Positions 58,077 to 64,000 of a DNA stretch of 64,000 nucleotides are shown piece after piece (the first letter of the stretch is position 1; each line of letters opens with the position of its first letter). Source of the DNA: an uncultured Candidatus Saccharibacteria bacterium (lineage in GTDB: Bacteria; Patescibacteriota; UBA1384; JACPKC01). The stretch spans positions 160,660 to 224,659 of the forward strand of contig CAYRGD010000001.1 in assembly GCA_964423885.1 (NCBI GenBank), given 5' to 3'. A program made the position numbers and the translations under genes. The notes below the pieces were generated by a model that was not told where the DNA came from, ran no database searches, and saw only the letters and a list, made by a program, of their open reading frames with translations.

Positions 58077-59062
58077 TCGGCGTCCACCCATGCACCAACA
58101 AATGAAGCTGATCCGTAGCGGGATTGGGTGCCGGCAGGTAATCCGAGAATAAACAACGCTCCGTCGTCGCCGACCGTAGCCAGCCACGCGCCGTCGCGCG
58201 AGATAGCGAGCGAGGTCTCATTGCCAGGCAGGTCGGCGAGTAGTTGCCGCTCGCCGGAATCCGTCCGGATCGTGATGATGCTTGCCCCTATGCCGTCGAC
58301 AATGACGTTGACAGCGACCAAGTTGTTGCGCTGCCAGGCGATACTGATGACACGCTCGTCCGGACCGAATGACGCAACTTTACGTGGATCCGCGCCGTTA
58401 TGGGCAGCCCAGAGTTCTTGGTCGTCGTCGCCCGGCTTACCCTTGACGTACGCGACCATAGTGCCGTCCTGTGACCAGGCAGGTATCGACAACCAACTCG
58501 CTCCCTGGTCGATTACCTGGCGTCCGCCACCCTGCAGCCGCTCGGTGACCAATGCGTATCCGTAGCTCCGCTCCGCATTGTCGAACGTGATAAACGACAG
58601 GGTATCGGTTCCAGGGCGGTACGCTGCCGAACCCCAGGGGTCGTACGCAAGCGCGTGGCCGAGGTCGATGGGAAAATCGGTCCGAGTACCAGTTCCATCG
58701 AGCGCGATCGCAGCGACGTAGCTCCGGCCGTCATCGGCCACGAAGGCTGCGATCGCTTGTCCGTCCCGCACGCCGAGCACGTGCTCGAGATCAGGATCAC
58801 TGAATACGACGTGCTCGCGGCCGTCGGAATCCCGCTCCATGAGCTGGTCGCCGCGTATGTACAGCAGAGCCGGGGCTTGCGCGGTGTCGGGCGCAGGTTG
58901 AGGCGGAAGCGGCTGTCCGGCCGACATGCCGCTGGTTGAGGCGAGGTCTGCCGTCGTATGCATCGACGGATGCGACCTCATCCAAAACAATGCGCCGGCC
59001 ATGACGGCCAATGCAAGGAATCCGAGTACGGCAATCCTGACCGGCCGTCGGTCAGAACTCAT
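58073..59062 (-). CDS. Membrane-anchored TolB/PD40-like beta-propeller protein
   Basis: N-terminal TM, Pro linker, blade-like motifs PAWSQDGTMVAY and ISRDGAWLA; overlaps secY and adk. Confidence 0.7.
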   Translation of the reverse strand: MSSDRRPVRIAVLGFLALAVMAGALFWMRSHPSMHTTADLASTSGMSAGQPLPPQPAPDTAQAPALLYIRGDQLMERDSDGREHVVFSDPDLEHVLGVRDGQAIAAFVADDGRSYVAAIALDGTGTRTDFPIDLGHALAYDPWGSAAYRPGTDTLSFITFDNAERSYGYALVTERLQGGGRQVIDQGASWLSIPAWSQDGTMVAYVKGKPGDDDQELWAAHNGADPRKVASFGPDERVISIAWQRNNLVAVNVIVDGIGASIITIRTDSGERQLLADLPGNETSLAISRDGAWLATVGDDGALFILGLPAGTQSRYGSASFVGAWVDAE

Positions 59063-60314
59063 AACGTCTGGTGGTGAGCTGGGCCCGGATCTGTCGCATC
59101 GTGTCCAAGATAACCGATACGACGATGAGGATACCAGTACCACCGAGCACCAGTGTTTGGATATTGGTCAGGCTTTGGACGACGAACGGCAGAACCGCGA
59201 TCGCAGCCAAGAAAAACGCGCCGAGCAGCGTGACTCGGTTCAAGACCTTGCTCAAGTATTCCGCGGTTTCGCGTCCGGGCCGCAAGCCGGGAATGAAGCC
59301 GCCTTGTTTCTGGATGTTTTCGGCCACTTGTTCGGGCTGGAAGACGATCGAGGTGTAGAAGAACGTGAAAATCACGACCAAGCAGAAGTAGGCGATCCCG
59401 TAAAACGTGTTGTTGGCGAACAGGTCGGTCACCTTTTGGGCGGCGGTGCGGACCCACGGGGTCTGGACCGTTTCCAGGAAGCGGGCCGCGACCGGCGGGA
59501 AAATCATCATCGACAGCGCGAAGATGATCGGCACGACGCCGGCCATCGTCACCTTGAGCGGCAGGAAGGTGGCGACGCCGCCCGAGGCCTGGTTGCCCCG
59601 CACCCGGCGGGCGTAGGTGATCGGGACCTGGCGCTCGCCCTCGTTCACGAACACGATACTGACAGTGACGAGCGCGGCGATGACGACAAAGATAATGATG
59701 TTGACGATGCCCGCCTGGTCAGCCACCTGGAACGTTTGCGACACGGCCGACGGGATCCCTGACAGGACGCCGAGCGTGATAAGCAATGACATGCCATTGC
59801 CGATCCCGTTTTCGGAAATGAGCTCGCCGATCCAGACGAGCAGCATCGTCCCGGCTGTGACAGTAAGTAAGATCGTAAAGAGGTTGAGCGGCGTGAATGC
59901 GCCGACGATCCCCTGGTTCTTCAAGAGGATGAGCGTGCTGTAGCCTTGTAGGAATGCCAGCGGGACGGTAAGTAATCTCGTGTACTGGTTGATCCGCTCG
60001 CGGCCGGCTTCCCCTTCCTTCTGCAGCTCTTCGAGCCGGGGTACGATAATGATGAGCAGCTGGAAGATGATAGAGGCGGTAATGTACGGCCCGACACCCA
60101 TAAGGACGATCGAGAAGTTTTCCATCGATCCGCCCGTGAACAGGTTCAAGAGGCCGAACAGCGCGTACTGGCTGAAGAATGCCCGGATCGCTGCCAGGTC
60201 GACGCCCGGCATCGGGATATGGGCAAGGACGCGGAAGATGGTCAGCAGGCCGAGCGTGTAGAGGATCCGCTTGCGCAGGTCGGGGCTATGCCAGATTGCG
60301 CGGAGCGTGTTCAT
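59052..60314 (-). CDS. secY: Preprotein translocase subunit SecY
   Basis: MGVGPYITASII, GIGNGMSL, AGVVPIIFA, FIPGLRPG, GGTGILIVV. Confidence 0.97.
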   Translation of the reverse strand: MNTLRAIWHSPDLRKRILYTLGLLTIFRVLAHIPMPGVDLAAIRAFFSQYALFGLLNLFTGGSMENFSIVLMGVGPYITASIIFQLLIIIVPRLEELQKEGEAGRERINQYTRLLTVPLAFLQGYSTLILLKNQGIVGAFTPLNLFTILLTVTAGTMLLVWIGELISENGIGNGMSLLITLGVLSGIPSAVSQTFQVADQAGIVNIIIFVVIAALVTVSIVFVNEGERQVPITYARRVRGNQASGGVATFLPLKVTMAGVVPIIFALSMMIFPPVAARFLETVQTPWVRTAAQKVTDLFANNTFYGIAYFCLVVIFTFFYTSIVFQPEQVAENIQKQGGFIPGLRPGRETAEYLSKVLNRVTLLGAFFLAAIAVLPFVVQSLTNIQTLVLGGTGILIVVSVILDTMRQIRAQLTTRRYEF

Positions 60315-60730
60315 CGCTGGACGTGTGCCTGGTAGACCGCTTTCGTGAATGTAAGGCCGCGGAACTTGAGTTTCTTGGTGAGCGTGCCGCTGCCGACGAT
60401 CTTGGCCGCCTTGGCGTCGCTGCCGACCAATCCCTTGGCGCGGAGCGTTTTGAGCGTCACGACATTGCCGTCTTGAAACGCATGGTCGAGCTGCGTCAGT
60501 GTAACGGTCGCCGTCAATGGACGGTGCGGGAACCGGCGGCCGCGCAGCTTCGGCAGACGCATGAAGAGCTTGGTCTGGCCGCCTTCGAAACCGGCGGGAA
60601 TGTTGAAGCCTGACCGCGCCTTCTGGCCTTTGGTGCCACGGCCGGCGCTCTTGCCTTGTCCGGCCGAGATGCCTCGTCCGAGCCGGCGGGCGCGCTTCAC
60701 CGTGCGCGGGAGCGTATGGAGCGAGCTCAT
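60311..60730 (-). CDS. rplO: 50S ribosomal protein L15
   Basis: [24 protein letters not shown]. Confidence 0.96.
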   Translation of the reverse strand: MSSLHTLPRTVKRARRLGRGISAGQGKSAGRGTKGQKARSGFNIPAGFEGGQTKLFMRLPKLRGRRFPHRPLTATVTLTQLDHAFQDGNVVTLKTLRAKGLVGSDAKAAKIVGSGTLTKKLKFRGLTFTKAVYQAHVQR

Positions 60731-61212
60731 GCGCGTGCCTTTCTGGCCGGGCGTTCTTTCATGGTTGCCAGCGCCTGGATCGTGGCGCGGACGTTGTTCG
60801 TCTTATTGTTTGAGCCGATCATCTTGGACAGGATATTTTTGATGCCTGCCAGTTCGATCACTGCCCGGATCGGGCCGCCTGCGATCACCGAGGTGCCGGC
60901 CGCGGCCGGTTTCAGAAAGATCTGCGCGCTGCCCAAGCGGACGGTGGTTTCGTGCGGGATCGTGTCGTTCACGATCGGTACGGTCACGAGCTTCTTCTTG
61001 GCTGCCTGGCCGGCTTTCTTGATCGCCTGTTGGACGTCGCCGGCTTTGCCGAGGCCCATACCGACCTTGCCGTTCCGATTGCCGATCACGACCAAGGCTC
61101 GGAAACGCATGCGCTTGCCGCCCTTGACGGTGCGCGAGACGCGCGAGAGCTCGACGAGCCGCTCTTCGAACTCGCTTTTCGGTTTGTCGTGGGTATCGTG
61201 ATGATCAGCCAT
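60727..61212 (-). CDS. rpsE: 30S ribosomal protein S5
   Basis: [19 protein letters not shown]. Confidence 0.97.
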   Translation of the reverse strand: MADHHDTHDKPKSEFEERLVELSRVSRTVKGGKRMRFRALVVIGNRNGKVGMGLGKAGDVQQAIKKAGQAAKKKLVTVPIVNDTIPHETTVRLGSAQIFLKPAAAGTSVIAGGPIRAVIELAGIKNILSKMIGSNNKTNNVRATIQALATMKERPARKARA

Positions 61213-61220
61213 ACAACTCC

Positions 61221-61571
61221 TTAGAACTGCAATCCGCCGGCCCGGGCGGCTGCCGCGAAGGCGGCGACACGGCCATGGTAGCGGTATCCGCGGCGGTCGA
61301 AGACGGCTGCGGTGATATTGGCGGCTTTCGCTTGCTCGGCCAGCCGTTCGCCGACGGCCGTGGCTTGCTTGATGCCGGTGTCCTTCGTGCCGACCATATC
61401 GTCGGTGGCATAGGCCAGCGTCCGGCCGGCCGCGTCATCGATGAGCTGCGCACGGAAGTGCTTGGCGGTCCGTTGGACGGACAGCCGTGGCCGCGCCGCT
61501 GTGCCGGCAACAACCATGCGGATTTTCCGGACGCGCCGCGCCCGTCTGGTTGCTTGGGAAACGTGTGTCAT
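61221..61571 (-). CDS. rplR: 50S ribosomal protein L18
   Basis: [24 protein letters not shown]. Confidence 0.96.
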   Translation of the reverse strand: MTHVSQATRRARRVRKIRMVVAGTAARPRLSVQRTAKHFRAQLIDDAAGRTLAYATDDMVGTKDTGIKQATAVGERLAEQAKAANITAAVFDRRGYRYHGRVAAFAAAARAGGLQF

Positions 61572-62110
61572 GCTCCTGCCGCCTTTGCTGCCTTACCGGC
61601 TTTCTTCCGGACATGTTCGCCGACATAGCGGATACCCTTGCCCTTGTACGGCTCGGGCGGCCTGACCCGGCGGATGTCCGCTGCCACCTGGCCGACGCGC
61701 TGCTTGTCGATACCGGCGACCGTGATGATCTTTTGGACGTCGATGTCGATGCCCTGGGGCGGCTCGATCGTGACCGGGTGCGAGTAGCCGACATTTAACA
61801 CAAGGGCATTCCCCTGCTTCGCCGCTTTGTACCCGACACCGCGGAGCTCAAGCTGCTTCGCGAATGGTTCGGCCACGCCCATGAGCGCGTTTTCGATAAG
61901 CCTGACCGTCAGGCCGCGGAGCGACCGGGACAACTTGCTCGTGTTGACCGCATCGACGGTAATCGCGCCGTCGGCTTGGTTGACGCGGACATTCGGATGC
62001 AACGCCACGGTCAACTCGCCTTTCGGGCCTTTGGCGACCAGCTGCCGGTCGGCAAGGGTGACCGTGATCGTATCGGCGACAGTCAGTCGCCGACCACCGA
62101 CGCGGCTCAT
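61568..62110 (-). CDS. rplF: 50S ribosomal protein L6
   Basis: KGPKGEL, GYSHP, RPPEPYKGKGIRY. Confidence 0.97.
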   Translation of the reverse strand: MSRVGGRRLTVADTITVTLADRQLVAKGPKGELTVALHPNVRVNQADGAITVDAVNTSKLSRSLRGLTVRLIENALMGVAEPFAKQLELRGVGYKAAKQGNALVLNVGYSHPVTIEPPQGIDIDVQKIITVAGIDKQRVGQVAADIRRVRPPEPYKGKGIRYVGEHVRKKAGKAAKAAGA

Positions 62111-62499
62111 GACAGTACCTCGCAGATGACTTCACCGCCGACCGCACGCTTCATTGCTTCGGCACCGGTCATGAACCCCTGCGGGGTCGACAAGATGACG
62201 TGGCCGAAGCCGCCGCGAGGCCGCGGGATGCGGGCCGCTTTGGCGTAGACGCGGAGACCAGGCGTCGAGATTCGGCGGATACTCTTGATCGCCGAAGCGC
62301 CGTCATGGTAATTGAGCACCAGCTTCAGCTGCGTGTGCCCCTGTTCCGTCTCGACGGTGTCGACAGCTTTCAGGTAGCCGTGGTCGCGCAAGAGCGAAGC
62401 GATCGACGCCTTGACGCGCGAGTGCGGCACCAAGACTTCGGCCTTGCCCAGCTGGGCGGCGTTGCGGATTTGGGTGAGCATGTTTGCAATGGGGTCCAT
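62107..62499 (-). CDS. rpsH: 30S ribosomal protein S8
   Basis: DPIANMLTQIRNA, STPGLRVY, GGEVIC. Confidence 0.97.
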   Translation of the reverse strand: MDPIANMLTQIRNAAQLGKAEVLVPHSRVKASIASLLRDHGYLKAVDTVETEQGHTQLKLVLNYHDGASAIKSIRRISTPGLRVYAKAARIPRPRGGFGHVILSTPQGFMTGAEAMKRAVGGEVICEVLS

Positions 62500-62507
62500 A
62501 CCAGCTC

Positions 62508-62693
62508 CTACCAGGATGACTTCGTGACGCCGGGAATCTCGCCCTTATGCGCCAGCTCGCGGAAGCAGATGCGGCAGATGCCGTAGGCGCGCAAGTAGGC
62601 CCGGTTCCGACCGCAGATGCCGCATCGGTTCACTGCGCGGGTGGAAAACTTGGGCGTGCGGGCGGCTTTGACTTTGAGTGATTGCTTGGCCAT
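62508..62693 (-). CDS. rpsN: 30S ribosomal protein S14 (zinc-binding type)
   Basis: [23 protein letters not shown]. Confidence 0.96.
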   Translation of the reverse strand: MAKQSLKVKAARTPKFSTRAVNRCGICGRNRAYLRAYGICRICFRELAHKGEIPGVTKSSW

Positions 62694-62701
62694 ATCGACT
62701 C

Positions 62702-63253
62702 CTACTTGGCTTCCTCGCGACGGACGAGCGGCAGACCGAGCGAGCGCAAGAGCGCTTCGGTCGCTTCGCCCGACGTCGCGCTCGTGACGATCGTCACGCC
62801 CAGTCCGTAAAACTCGCTGACGCGTTCGTGGTCGATTTCCGGAAAGACCGTGTGCTCGCGGATACCGAACGAGTACCCGCCCCGGCCGTCGAAGCCAGTG
62901 AGCGGCAGGCCGCGGAAGTCGCGGATGCGCGGTAAGACGACGTGGACGAGCCGTTCCAGGAAATCGTACATCCGCTTGCCACGGAGCGTCGAAGACAAGC
63001 CGATCACCTCGCCGGCACGGAGCTTGAACCCTGCGATCGCCTTGTGCGCCGACCGCGAGGCCGGCTTCTGGCCGGTAATCTTGGCAAGGTCGGCCGCCGC
63101 GATCTCAAGGAACTTGCCGTGCTGGCGCCGCGAACCGGTGCCGATGTTGACGACGATCTTCGTCACTGCCGGTACGGCGTTCACGTTCGCGATCGAGAGC
63201 TCGGTGCCGAGCTTCGGCCGGAGTTCGGTGGCGAATTGGGTGCGCAGTCTCAT
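62702..63253 (-). CDS. rplE: 50S ribosomal protein L5
   Basis: [24 protein letters not shown]. Confidence 0.97.
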   Translation of the reverse strand: MRLRTQFATELRPKLGTELSIANVNAVPAVTKIVVNIGTGSRRQHGKFLEIAAADLAKITGQKPASRSAHKAIAGFKLRAGEVIGLSSTLRGKRMYDFLERLVHVVLPRIRDFRGLPLTGFDGRGGYSFGIREHTVFPEIDHERVSEFYGLGVTIVTSATSGEATEALLRSLGLPLVRREEAK

Positions 63254-63582
63254 TTGTCCGCCTTCTTGGCTTCGGCCGCCAGGGCAGCGCCGCAGTGTTT
63301 GCAGGTGCGCACCTTGCCGGTGTCAGTGAGCTTCATAGCGATGCGGGTCGGCTTGCTGCACGACGGGCAGACAAGGAGGACGTTACTGACCGCGAGCGGG
63401 GCCGCGAACTCGACGATGCCGCCCGCCGGCTGCTTGGCTGTTGGCTTGGTGTGGCGCTTGGCCATGTTGACGCCCTCGATCACGACCCGGTCGGCTTTCG
63501 GCAGGACACGGACCACCGTCCCGCGCTTGCCGCGGTCCTTGCCGGTAATCACCATGACGGTATCGTTGCGTCGGATCTTCAT
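63250..63582 (-). CDS. rplX: 50S ribosomal protein L24
   Basis: [22 protein letters not shown]. Confidence 0.96.
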   Translation of the reverse strand: MKIRRNDTVMVITGKDRGKRGTVVRVLPKADRVVIEGVNMAKRHTKPTAKQPAGGIVEFAAPLAVSNVLLVCPSCSKPTRIAMKLTDTGKVRTCKHCGAALAAEAKKADK

Positions 63583-63947
63583 AGTACCTCTGGGGCGAGC
63601 GAGACGATCTTTTGGAAGCCGCGGGTGCGGACCTCACGGGCAACCGGGCCCAGGACGCGCGTGCCGCGGGGCTGCCCGTCGTCGCCGACGATCACGACCG
63701 CGTTGTCATCGAACCGGATCGCGCTGCCGTCGGCCCGCTGGAACCGGTTCCGTTGCCGGACGATAACCGCTTTCGCGACTTCTTTCTTCTTGACGGTGCC
63801 GCGGGGCAGCGCGTCTTTCACCGTCACGACGATCGTGTCGCCGAGCTGGGCCGCGTCCTGCTTGCGTCCGCCTAATACACGGATGCACATCACTTCTTTG
63901 GCGCCGGTGTTATCGGCGACAGCCAGGCGGGAAAAGGGTTGGATCAT
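63579..63947 (-). CDS. rplN: 50S ribosomal protein L14
   Basis: [20 protein letters not shown]. Confidence 0.97.
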   Translation of the reverse strand: MIQPFSRLAVADNTGAKEVMCIRVLGGRKQDAAQLGDTIVVTVKDALPRGTVKKKEVAKAVIVRQRNRFQRADGSAIRFDDNAVVIVGDDGQPRGTRVLGPVAREVRTRGFQKIVSLAPEVL

Positions 63948-64000
63948 GCCTGCTCCTTGCCGTCGACCTCGATCGCACTGTCGGCGACCACGACGCCTGC
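63944..64000 (-). CDS. rpsQ: 3' end of the upstream gene, probably S17 by synteny
   Basis: Open frame [18 protein letters not shown] with ATGA overlap to rplN; identity rests on gene order only. Confidence 0.55.
   Translation of the reverse strand, partial: AGVVVADSAIEVDGKEQA

Noticed and set aside
6262-63766. Many long antisense or alternate-frame ORFs (e.g. 6262-7500, 29911-31212, 31482-32831, 42307-43878)
   Set aside because: Expected shadows of high-GC coding genes; no motifs or initiation signals
52143-63947. UGA recoding (genetic code 25)
   Set aside because: Conserved genes end at TGA in ATGA overlaps and show no internal TGA

Overview
High-GC chromosomal segment of a reduced-genome bacterium, most likely Patescibacteria/CPR. 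rpsE overlaps rplO with no rpmD/uL30, several housekeeping proteins are domain-trimmed, and TGA is used as stop (code 11). The window holds housekeeping genes (hisS, rel, nusA, xseAB, mreB, murA, pgi/pmi, eno, gpmI, cca, clpB, leuS, rpmF, nusB, rnc, aspS, pheST, rbfA), the spc/alpha ribosomal operons fused to rplM-rpsI, and two tRNAs (Leu-CAA, Ala-CGC). The best candidate for a new system is 16.2-24.0 kb. It encodes three secreted proteins sharing nine copies of a ~70-aa Asn/Thr-rich repeat: one unanchored, and two with C-terminal sorting-signal-like tails. Two sortases and a subtilisin flank them, and a long intergenic hairpin follows the unanchored one. The layout is reminiscent of a sortase-anchored amyloid/beta-solenoid fibre. 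Other points of note: WxL/pilin-like subunit plus DUF916-like partner pairs, a peptidase-S74 fibre protein that may start at ATT, and a Mu-Gam-like gene missed by the ORF track. Also RpoA lacking its CTD, a frameshifted clpC alongside a ClpB carrying an IGY loop, a degenerate second gpmI, a Cys-to-Asp MurA, and apparently leaderless genes. All assignments come from manual motif recognition; no searches were run.
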